Origin: an uncultured Gammaproteobacteria bacterium
GTDB taxonomy: Bacteria; Pseudomonadota; Gammaproteobacteria; JAAEPA01
NCBI GenBank assembly: GCA_963731655.1
Contig: CAVSWL010000006.1
Coordinates: 39,792 to 103,791, forward strand
Length of the DNA stretch: 64,000 nucleotides
Direction: 5' to 3'
The notes under the pieces were generated by a model, which was not told where the DNA came from, made no database searches, and worked only from the letters and a program-made list of their open reading frames with translations. Of the stretch, positions 41,751 to 50,251 are shown one piece after another. A program made the translations under genes and the position numbers. Position 1 is the first letter of the stretch. Each line of letters begins with the position of its first letter.

Positions 41751-44700
41751 ATGAGCCAGCACGAACTGGGTTCTTATAAACTGGGTTTTTCAGGAACCAT
41801 CGCTAAAACTTTTTTACGTTCGGAAATTACCCCCTTGTTGGCTTTGGGAGGCCTGTTGTTGGGGCTATTTGCGATCATGGTAACCCCACGCGAAGAAGAA
41901 CCACAGATCAATGTCACCTTCGCGAATGTCTTCGTCCCCTTTCCGGGAGCAACCGCCAGCGAGGTCGAACATCTCGTCAGCACGCCCGCCGAGCAGGTGT
42001 TTTCCGAGATCGAAGGCATCAAACACGTGTTTTCCGTATCCCGGCCCGGGCTGTCGGTATTGACGGTGCAATACGAGGTCGGCGAGAACCGCACGGATGC
42101 CATTCTGCGCCTATACAATAAAATTTTTTCCAATCGAGATTGGTTACCGGCCAATTTGGGGGTCGGCGAACCGATTGTAAAACCCAAGGGAATCGACGAT
42201 GTGCCCATCGTCACCCTCACACTCTGGACCGAAGACCCCAACCGAGGTGGGCATGAACTCCGTCAAGTGGCTCACGCCATCGAGGCCGAGCTCAAACGGG
42301 TACCCGGCACTCGGGATATTTACACCGTTGGCGGACCCGATCGCGTCGTGCACGTACTGCTGGACGCGCAAAAGCTCGCAGGATATGGCATCGGGCTTGA
42401 CGATCTCCGCCGCTCGCTGCGAGCGGGCAATGCCTCTACCCTGGCCGGCGAACTCGTAGCCGACAATCGCGAGATTCAAATCCAAGCCGGTGATTTTCTG
42501 TCCAATGCCCAAGAAATCGGCGAGCTCGTCATCGGGGTGAATCGCGGAAAACCGGTCTATCTAGCGGATGTCGCCACAATACGAGAGGGACCCGACTCCC
42601 CCGACACCTATACCTGGTTTGGTACGGGGCCGGCAGCCGCCGATAAGCACATCGATGCATCCGGGCAATTCCCGGCGGTAACCGTAGCCGTCGCCAAAAA
42701 GCCCGGGACCAATGCGGTGCGAATCGCCAACGAAGTAATCGAGCGTTTCAATCAGCTCAAAGGCATTTTTATTCCAGACGACGTGCACGTCACCATTACC
42801 CGAAATTACGGTGTCACTGCCGATGCCAAGGCAGGCAAGCTCATCCATAAGTTGATTTTCGCGACTTCGGCGGTAGTTATTCTGGTCCTGATCGCGCTGG
42901 GCTGGCGCGAAGCCCTGATTGTGGGCACGGCCATTGGTGTCACCCTGGCGATTACCTTGTTCGCCTCCTGGGCTTACGGGTTTACGCTAAACCGAGTCTC
43001 GTTGTTTGCCTTAATTTTTTCCATCGGCATTCTGGTGGACGACGCCATCGTGGTCGTCGAGAACATTCACCGCCATTTACAAATGGGCAAGCAGTCACTG
43101 CTCGATGCCATTCCAGTAGCGGTGGACGAAGTGGGCGGCCCTACGATTTTAGCGACATTTACCGTTATCGCCGCCCTCTTACCCATGGCCTTCGTGACCG
43201 GCTTGATGGGTCCCTACATGAGCCCTATTCCGATCAATGCCAGCCTGGGCATGGTGATTTCACTGATGGTTGCCTTTGTGATCACACCCTGGCTGACCTA
43301 TCGGTTTTTACGCAAACAACCGGCTAGCCACCACCACAACGAAGAGAGCGTTGCGGAGACGCTCCAAGCCACGTTTACCCGGTTACTAACCCCTTTTTTA
43401 TCCGGTAGCGCTGGAAGCCGCCGACGCCGTGTGTTGTTCTTCGGGATCCTGGTGCTGATCGCCCTCACCTTGTCACTGGTGGTCGCCAAGCTCGTCGTAC
43501 TCAAAATGCTCCCTTTCGATAATAAATCCGAAATGCAGATCGTGGTGGACATGGACGAGGGCACCAGCTTAGAGCAGACTGCGCTCGTCATCAACGAGCT
43601 CGCCGCCTACTTGAGCACCGTTCCCGAGGTTACCGATTACCAAGCTTATGTGGGCACCACCTCGCCCATCAACTTCAATGGGTTGGTGCGTCAATACTAT
43701 CTGCGCAGCGGCTCCAATGTCGGCGACATCCAAGTCAATCTGCTAGACCAACACGTGCGCGATAAACAAAGCCATGAAATCGCATCGTCGCTGCGGGGGC
43801 CGCTACAAGTCATCGGCAATCGATACGGTGCCAATGTAAAAATTGTCGAGGTTCCGCCGGGGCCTCCCGTCATGTCGCCGCTGGTCGCCGAGATCTACGG
43901 CCTGGATTATCCGGGCCAGATTAGCCTCGCAAAAAAAATTCGCGCGCTCTTCGAGACCACACCCGATATCGTGGACGTGGATGATAGCGTGGAGTTTCCG
44001 TCTAAACGTCTCATCGTGAAAGTGGACCGTCAAAAAGCGGCGTTACTCGGCGTATCCCAGCAGGCTGTGGCTAGCGCAATCAATACCGCGCTCAACGGCG
44101 AAGATGTCAGTCATATTCATGGCGCAAATTTAAAATATCCGGTTCCCATCCGGCTCGAGTTTCCTGTGGCCGACAAAGGGGATATCGATCGGGTATTAGC
44201 GATTAAGCTTCGCGGTCAAGAGGCCAAATTGGTCCCCATTTCGGAGATTGTCCGGGTCATCGAAGACACCCGGCAACATACGGTTTATCATAAGGACCTG
44301 TTACCCGTTGTATTTGTCACCGGAGATATGGCCGGTAAGCTGGATAGTCCATTGTATGGAATGTTCGATATTTACAACCAGCTGAAACATCTGCCATTAA
44401 ATTTCAACGAAGCCTTAGCTCAGTGCTTGATCAATCCCCCAGACAATCCCTATCTTTATGGGCTGAAATGGGATGGTGAATGGCAGGTAACCTATGAAAC
44501 GTTCCGCGATATGGGCATCGCCTATACCGTGGGTTTGATCCTGATCTATTTTCTTGTGGTCGCTCAGTTCCGCTCCTATTTGATCCCCTTGATCATTATG
44601 GCGCCGATACCACTCACCCTCCTCGGGGTATTACCGGGGCACGCGCTGCTAGGCGCTAAATTCACCGCCACGTCCATGATCGGCATGATCGCCTTAGCCG

Positions 44701-44999
44701 GAATCATCGTGCGCAATTCGATCCTATTGGTTGATTTTATCAATCAGCAGATCCGTTCCGGAATGACTCTCGAGGCGGCGGTAATTCGCTCAGGAGCGGT
44801 GCGCGCCAAACCGATCATTCTCACGGGCTTAGCCGCTATGTTAGGCGCGTTCTTTATCGTGGATGACCCTATCTTCCGTGGTTTGGCCATTTCGCTGATC
44901 TTTGGAGTATTCGTATCGACGCTGCTAACGCTGGTGGTGATTCCGCTGTTGTACTATGGGGTAATGCACAATCGTATAGAACGGATCCTGCAGGTCTAA
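41751..44999 (+). CDS. RND efflux transporter permease (AcrB/CzcA superfamily, 12 TM, 1082 aa)
   Basis: Length and topology match. Conserved TM4 region GILVDDAIVVVENIHR and duplicated porter/TM architecture. Gene starts 12 bp after the adaptor gene stop. Confidence 0.9.
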   Translation: MSQHELGSYKLGFSGTIAKTFLRSEITPLLALGGLLLGLFAIMVTPREEEPQINVTFANVFVPFPGATASEVEHLVSTPAEQVFSEIEGIKHVFSVSRPGLSVLTVQYEVGENRTDAILRLYNKIFSNRDWLPANLGVGEPIVKPKGIDDVPIVTLTLWTEDPNRGGHELRQVAHAIEAELKRVPGTRDIYTVGGPDRVVHVLLDAQKLAGYGIGLDDLRRSLRAGNASTLAGELVADNREIQIQAGDFLSNAQEIGELVIGVNRGKPVYLADVATIREGPDSPDTYTWFGTGPAAADKHIDASGQFPAVTVAVAKKPGTNAVRIANEVIERFNQLKGIFIPDDVHVTITRNYGVTADAKAGKLIHKLIFATSAVVILVLIALGWREALIVGTAIGVTLAITLFASWAYGFTLNRVSLFALIFSIGILVDDAIVVVENIHRHLQMGKQSLLDAIPVAVDEVGGPTILATFTVIAALLPMAFVTGLMGPYMSPIPINASLGMVISLMVAFVITPWLTYRFLRKQPASHHHNEESVAETLQATFTRLLTPFLSGSAGSRRRRVLFFGILVLIALTLSLVVAKLVVLKMLPFDNKSEMQIVVDMDEGTSLEQTALVINELAAYLSTVPEVTDYQAYVGTTSPINFNGLVRQYYLRSGSNVGDIQVNLLDQHVRDKQSHEIASSLRGPLQVIGNRYGANVKIVEVPPGPPVMSPLVAEIYGLDYPGQISLAKKIRALFETTPDIVDVDDSVEFPSKRLIVKVDRQKAALLGVSQQAVASAINTALNGEDVSHIHGANLKYPVPIRLEFPVADKGDIDRVLAIKLRGQEAKLVPISEIVRVIEDTRQHTVYHKDLLPVVFVTGDMAGKLDSPLYGMFDIYNQLKHLPLNFNEALAQCLINPPDNPYLYGLKWDGEWQVTYETFRDMGIAYTVGLILIYFLVVAQFRSYLIPLIIMAPIPLTLLGVLPGHALLGAKFTATSMIGMIALAGIIVRNSILLVDFINQQIRSGMTLEAAVIRSGAVRAKPIILTGLAAMLGAFFIVDDPIFRGLAISLIFGVFVSTLLTLVVIPLLYYGVMHNRIERILQV

Positions 45000-45104
45000 T
45001 CGAAGTCCTGCGGTGGTGTCTCCCAGTGAAGCGTGGAAACACTGGGGGTGGATCGCAAACCAAGCCGAGCAGTTACACGATGCCTAAGTTATCGAGAACT
45101 AAAT

Positions 45105-45878
45105 TTATCGAGAACTATTGAGCTCATGAAAAAGCGCGACGAATTCCCGCGTCAGCTTATGAGTGGGCGCGAGATAGATCAGCGGCTTGCATTGTTCGTG
45201 CGACTCACGCATCTTGACCGAAATCGATAACTTGGTCTCGAACAAGGGAAGATTTTCCTGCTTGAGTTCGTTAACCAACCGCGCCGGTAGATTGGCCTGG
45301 GTCATGAACTGATTGACGATGATGCCCTCGACATGCAATTCGCTATTATGATCCGCCCGGGTTTCCTCTACATTTTCTAGTAAGGAATACAGAGCCTGGC
45401 GGGAAAAATCATCGCAGTCAAAGGGAATCAGGCAACCTTGCGCGGCAATCAAAGCGGATAAGGTAAAAAAATTAAAGGCGGGAGGTGTATCGATATAGAT
45501 TGCATCATATTCCGCATTCATCGCTTGTAACGCCTCGCGCAATTTGAAGATTTTGTGCTTGGCTTCCAGCTTGCTCTGCAGCTCGTTCAACTCGGGCGAT
45601 GCTGGGAGAACATAGAGATTGTCATGCACCGTCGTCCAGACGAAATCCTCGGGATCAGCCGCTTTTAGGCGAAACGAAAGGCTTTGCTTGAAGAAGCTGG
45701 CGATATTGACATCACCCACCTCGACATCCTTTCCCAGCAAATAACGGCTGGCATTACATTGGGGATCGAGATCCACAACCAATGTCTTGATGTCTTCGGA
45801 GGCACTGATCGCGGCAAGGTTCGCTGCGATGCTGGACTTTCCCACACCACCTTTTTGATTAAACACAACACGCCGCAT
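45105..45878 (-). CDS. Orphan ParA/MinD-family P-loop ATPase (no parB partner nearby)
   Basis: Deviant Walker A NQKGGVGKSSIAANLA with the signature lysine, and Walker A' DLDPQ. 257 aa. Confidence 0.85.
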   Translation of the reverse strand: MRRVVFNQKGGVGKSSIAANLAAISASEDIKTLVVDLDPQCNASRYLLGKDVEVGDVNIASFFKQSLSFRLKAADPEDFVWTTVHDNLYVLPASPELNELQSKLEAKHKIFKLREALQAMNAEYDAIYIDTPPAFNFFTLSALIAAQGCLIPFDCDDFSRQALYSLLENVEETRADHNSELHVEGIIVNQFMTQANLPARLVNELKQENLPLFETKLSISVKMRESHEQCKPLIYLAPTHKLTREFVALFHELNSSR

Positions 45879-46365
45879 AAATTACTCTACTTGATTACGC
45901 TGTCACTGGAGTGGAGGCTCTTGAGCTATGATGCTATACCTCTCAGGCTAGTGTATGACTTAGCGATAATTGGCGACAACTTCGTCTGGTGAAAAGCTCT
46001 GCTGGCTCAATGAGCGGAGGGCGGGATGACCGTCAAAACAAGCGCCGTTCACACGGGAGTAACTGAGCATTTTAGCCACATTTGGCGCCGGATTGTGCCA
46101 GGTTGAGAGGATTTTAGGTCGCTTCGTAACTTTGACTCCATTATATCTAAACTCGACCGATAACTAAACGGCATAAAGCTGTCTAAACGGTATTCTATTA
46201 TGATAGCGAGCAACGCTCAGCTAGGGCGTTGAGGGCCAGCGGTAAGGGGCAACCGTGGTATCTACCACTCGTTGGCGTACGGTCGTGTACACTCTGAGCC
46301 CATGCCATGGATGACCGTAAAGGTGTTCAAAAATATTCTATAAGGTAAATTCTGGGGGTTAGCTC

Positions 46366-46842
46366 ATGGCGATCGAAATCGAAAAGAAGTTTCTTGTTAA
46401 CGGTGATTTCACCCGGTTTGCGACGGACTCGGAACGGATAACCCAGGGTTATTTGTGTTCTGCCCCCGAACGCACGGTGCGAGTTCGCATCAAGGGCAAT
46501 AGAGGGTTTATCACGGTCAAAGGGCCGAGTGATGAATCAGGAGCAAGCCGTTATGAATGGGAGAAGGAAATTTCCATCCGTGACGCAACCCATTTAATGG
46601 ACCTCTGCGAACCAGGCGTAATCGACAAGATGCGTTTCTACGTCCCCGTTGGGAGCCACCTCTATGAAGTTGATGTGTTTCGCGGCGATAACGAGGGGCT
46701 TATCATCGCTGAGATTGAGCTCAATGCGACAGATGAAAATTTTGAACAACCCGACTGGTTAGGTGCTGAAGTCACCGGAGACCCAAAATACTATAACGCC
46801 GCCTTGATGAAAAATCCCTATAAACAATGGAAGACACGCTAG
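46366..46842 (+). CDS. CYTH-domain protein (triphosphate tunnel metalloenzyme; CyaB/ThTPase-like)
   Basis: N-terminal EIEKKFLV (ExExK) motif, and conserved acidic/basic residues along eight beta-strands (RVRIKG..., ...EVDVFRGDNEGLIIAEIEL). Confidence 0.75.
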   Translation: MAIEIEKKFLVNGDFTRFATDSERITQGYLCSAPERTVRVRIKGNRGFITVKGPSDESGASRYEWEKEISIRDATHLMDLCEPGVIDKMRFYVPVGSHLYEVDVFRGDNEGLIIAEIELNATDENFEQPDWLGAEVTGDPKYYNAALMKNPYKQWKTR

Positions 46843-46908
46843 TTATCATCTCTAAGGCAACTTTCCCTGCGGCCACATTTAGCGCCGGAAAATCCGCCAG
46901 CGAATGGA

Positions 46909-47676
46909 TCAGCTTTGGTGGAAGTATTGAATGGTCAACACCGCGACATTGACCCACAAGAGTTTTCTGAGCCAACGGTGATAGATTTGCGCCGATATCC
47001 GAGCTCGCAGTGCCATACCTAAGATCAGGGTCAACACTCCCAGCGCGGCAAGAGGCACTGTAGCCGCGAATAGACTCCCCGTCAGAATACCTTGCTGCGC
47101 AAAAACACCGGCTTGAGTCACTTTCCCAGCGAAAAAACACATGTTGAATACCTGCACCATTGCCGTAGGGCGCGCATCCAACTCAAGAAATAAAATAATC
47201 AGTATGGGCACCATCACATTGACCGTACCGGCCAAAAATCCGGCGGTCAGACCAAACAGCAGTAATGCGGTTTGCAGGTGAGCTTCAATCCAGGCTATGC
47301 GGTAGATCTTTAAAACTTCCATGTTCAAATAAAGTAGGATTATCGCCGCCAAGAGCAGCTTGAAAGGAGCAGGATCGGAAACGATCAAGCAATAGGAACC
47401 CAGCAGGCTACCTGCAGCGACGTAAATGGCTAGAGGCCAGTATTTTCCGATACTGTTTCGCCACCCTCCACCTTTAATAATGCTGATCATGTTAACCGCC
47501 ATAGTGGGCAGCAAAGTGATCAGAATTGCGCTGCGCATATCGGTCATCATTGCCAGCAACGGGGTGGCCATCATGGGGAACCCCAGACCCAAGGTTCCGT
47601 GCACTAAACCCGCGAAGGAAAAAATACCTGCCACCAATACCCCTGTCTCTAAGGACGGCTCCTCAATACCCGACAT
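46909..47676 (-). CDS. TauE/SafE (DUF81) family anion/sulfite exporter-like membrane protein
   Basis: Two homologous 4-TM halves with Gly-rich motifs (GLGFPMMATPLL..., ...GFLAGTVNVMVPILI). 255 aa. Confidence 0.8.
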   Translation of the reverse strand: MSGIEEPSLETGVLVAGIFSFAGLVHGTLGLGFPMMATPLLAMMTDMRSAILITLLPTMAVNMISIIKGGGWRNSIGKYWPLAIYVAAGSLLGSYCLIVSDPAPFKLLLAAIILLYLNMEVLKIYRIAWIEAHLQTALLLFGLTAGFLAGTVNVMVPILIILFLELDARPTAMVQVFNMCFFAGKVTQAGVFAQQGILTGSLFAATVPLAALGVLTLILGMALRARISAQIYHRWLRKLLWVNVAVLTIQYFHQS

Positions 47677-47684
47677 TGTATCCT

Positions 47685-48266
47685 TTACTCTTGCATGATA
47701 ATCAGTCGTTCACCGATGATCTGGTGGGGTGGAACCACAAGATTCTCCGGGGTGTCTTGAGGATGCTGATCATGATGACGATATACGCGGCCCGCCAAAT
47801 CGAAGTAGACATCTTGGCAAGTGGCCTTGAATCCGCCGAACCAAGGGGATACAGCGGTATTTTTCAGCGTCGCGGGCTCGGCTAGCACATCGCAACCCTG
47901 CAGCTCGTTCCTGGCGAATACAACAAGATAATCCGGCTGCACACTTCGGTAATAATTTTTCGCCGCCCCGGGCTGCTGCGAATGTAATGAATCGGGATCA
48001 CTCAGCTGATCTTCATAGCCGGTTAATTGCGCTAACATCGGCTTGGTACGATGCCACACATACAGTTTTCGTTGATTCCAACGCACCACCATATAGTCGC
48101 CCGGGGACAATCCCCGCAGATCGATATCAGCAACCGAATGAAGGCCCGGGTTATCTGAATGGGTCAGATAGCCCCAAGTTATCCAAAATACGCCGGCTAC
48201 GGCCACCCAAATCATTAATTTAGTGAGCACCCGTAACGCCTCACGCTGTGTAACTTCTTCACTCAT
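47685..48266 (-). CDS. Membrane-anchored Rieske-fold protein lacking all four [2Fe-2S] ligands (pseudo-Rieske), co-transcribed with TauE
   Basis: Aligns along its length to bc1 Rieske subunits (PetA). Box I CTHLGC is NELQGC and box II CPCH is ATCQ; only the two disulfide cysteines are kept. No twin-arginine motif. Stop lies 8 bp from the TauE start. Confidence 0.55.
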   Translation of the reverse strand: MSEEVTQREALRVLTKLMIWVAVAGVFWITWGYLTHSDNPGLHSVADIDLRGLSPGDYMVVRWNQRKLYVWHRTKPMLAQLTGYEDQLSDPDSLHSQQPGAAKNYYRSVQPDYLVVFARNELQGCDVLAEPATLKNTAVSPWFGGFKATCQDVYFDLAGRVYRHHDQHPQDTPENLVVPPHQIIGERLIIMQE

Positions 48267-48785
48267 AATTTATTCAGCAGTAGCTCTCAGCGACCCCAAC
48301 ACATCGCTATTCCGAGTTCATTCTCTAGGCCCAGAAATCGCTCGCGACAGGATCGCTGAGACTATCACGTAGTTCAACCAAATTCTAAGCCGATGCATTC
48401 AACCGCCCTACTCGTATCAAAAGATAATCGGCCTGAATCACTCAAGTGCGAGGCGTAACGACGAACCATAACCAAGTCTATAGCAAGGATTTACAACACT
48501 GCGACTGCGTGTATGAGTCATTGAAAAGCTCATAACATGGCACGGATGAGAAATGTACCAGGCTTTTGTTTTACTACTGAATGTGGTAATAAGAGCGGGA
48601 CAAGGAAACCGCTCTAAATGCTTTTCCTCTTACGGAAAATATAACGAGTATCGGCAGCTGGGCGCCGCGCCATGCAGGAAAGTGAGAACGGTTCTTCTTT
48701 GTCTTTATCGGTTGAAGTCTAAACCAACTGTGGTCGAGAAACCGTAGAACAATAACGTCACTAGATTAGGAACGAGGAGACACTA

Positions 48786-49103
48786 ATGAAAGCATGGGTC
48801 TGGATAATTGTGAGCTTTTTTCTTCTCACGGGATTGGGTACAGCGTTAGCGGTACCTCCAGGCATGGAACTCACCTGGGACAATCCAATGGGCACTGTAA
48901 CGTTTTCTGGAAAAATCCATATGGAAAAGGGATTGCAATGCACGGATTGCCACACCAGTATTTTTCAGCAGAAAAAAGGCACGGCCAAGATGACGATGGC
49001 CGCAATGAATGAGGGCAAGTTTTGTGGTAAATGTCACAACGGCGACACCGCCTTCAGTACGAAGGACCCCGCAAACTGCACAACCTGCCACAAGCAGAAA
49101 TAG
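48786..49103 (+). CDS. Small periplasmic triheme c-type cytochrome (cytochrome c7/c3 family)
   Basis: Signal peptide plus three CxxCH motifs (CTDCH, CGKCH, CTTCH) in ~75 mature residues. Spacing and additional His resemble PpcA-like c7 cytochromes. Confidence 0.7.
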   Translation: MKAWVWIIVSFFLLTGLGTALAVPPGMELTWDNPMGTVTFSGKIHMEKGLQCTDCHTSIFQQKKGTAKMTMAAMNEGKFCGKCHNGDTAFSTKDPANCTTCHKQK

Positions 49104-49422
49104 CCGCATACTACAAAACAAGCACGGTGGGGTCCGCCTGGACCCCCATTATCGGCTCGCATTAGGGTTAAATTTCTTTCAGCTCCTTACTTCCGTAAAT
49201 TTCTCCAGACAGTTTCTTAAATAACCGCTTAGCACCATAGCTAGCGTCTAATGGCTCGGCGGCGTATCCCAGTTACAGCGGCTTAAAGTATTCGCTTTAT
49301 TGCCACTAAGTGGCTTGGATGCTTGAGTCCTTCCCCAGAGTCCAGACACTCGCATTATGCCGCGACGATAGACACATCATGCGCGTTTATCCGGATTTTG
49401 CTGCAGTTGGGCACTGATTTAC

Positions 49423-50193
49423 TTGAGTATTAGGGACAGAAACCGAACTACCTGTGAAGCGAAAACGCATTTCCAACCACAAGGACTCGTAGAGAGGTTG
49501 ATTATGGCCAGATTGCCAAGACTGTTCGTTGAGGGAATGACTCAACATGTGATTATCCGCAGTAAAAACCATGCCAATATTTTTGTAAACGCGGAGGACT
49601 ACCAATTTTATCTCGGTTGTCTGGAAGATGCGGCGGCGCGCTATCGGTGTGCAATCCACGCTTATGTGTTGATGCCGAACCACGTTCATCTCTTGGTTAC
49701 CCCTGAGGCCAAGCAGAGTTTGTCCCGGACGCTGCAGTCGATTGGCCGACGTTACGCCCAATACTATAATCAGAGCTTCGAAAGCTCAGGCAGCATATGG
49801 GACTCGCGGTATAAAGCGACGATTATCGATTCTAAAACCTATCTGCTGACGTGCATGCGTTATATCGAACTCAATCCAGTACGCCACGAACTCGCGAATC
49901 ATCCTAAATCCTATCCTTGGTCAAGCTACAAGTACAATGCCTTGGGTGAGAAGAGCCCGTTGCTAGCCCCGCATAAATTCTATCGTAAACTCGGGCGCAG
50001 CATTGAGGCCCGACAAACCGCCTACCGAGGGCTATTTAGGGCTCGTCTGTCTAAAATCGATATTGAGGCTATCAGAGAGGCAACCAACAAGGGCTGGGCG
50101 CTAGGCGATGACCAGTTTAAAGACCGGCTACAGGCCATGACTGACCGACGCGTTAGACCCTTGCCTAAAGGCAGACCTAGAATGAAGAAATGA
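49423..50193 (+). CDS. IS200/IS605-like Y1 (HUH) transposase-type protein, REP-associated tyrosine transposase (RAYT)-like; likely start at internal Met ~49504
   Basis: HUH motif YVLMPNHVHLLV. Downstream catalytic Tyr region (SIWDSRY...). ~230 aa core typical of COG1943. Confidence 0.65.
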   Translation: MSIRDRNRTTCEAKTHFQPQGLVERLIMARLPRLFVEGMTQHVIIRSKNHANIFVNAEDYQFYLGCLEDAAARYRCAIHAYVLMPNHVHLLVTPEAKQSLSRTLQSIGRRYAQYYNQSFESSGSIWDSRYKATIIDSKTYLLTCMRYIELNPVRHELANHPKSYPWSSYKYNALGEKSPLLAPHKFYRKLGRSIEARQTAYRGLFRARLSKIDIEAIREATNKGWALGDDQFKDRLQAMTDRRVRPLPKGRPRMKK

Positions 50194-50251
50194 TCCCTTG
50201 GCGATCGGCGCCTATTGGACTTCAAATTGACCCTGCCCGCTGGAGCCTAGA

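Noticed and set aside
45016-45045. Hairpin CCCAGTG-(11 nt)-CACTGGG just after the RND permease stop
   Set aside because: It has no following U-tract and the stem is short. It may still be a weak terminator or REP-like element, but the evidence is insufficient to call a feature.
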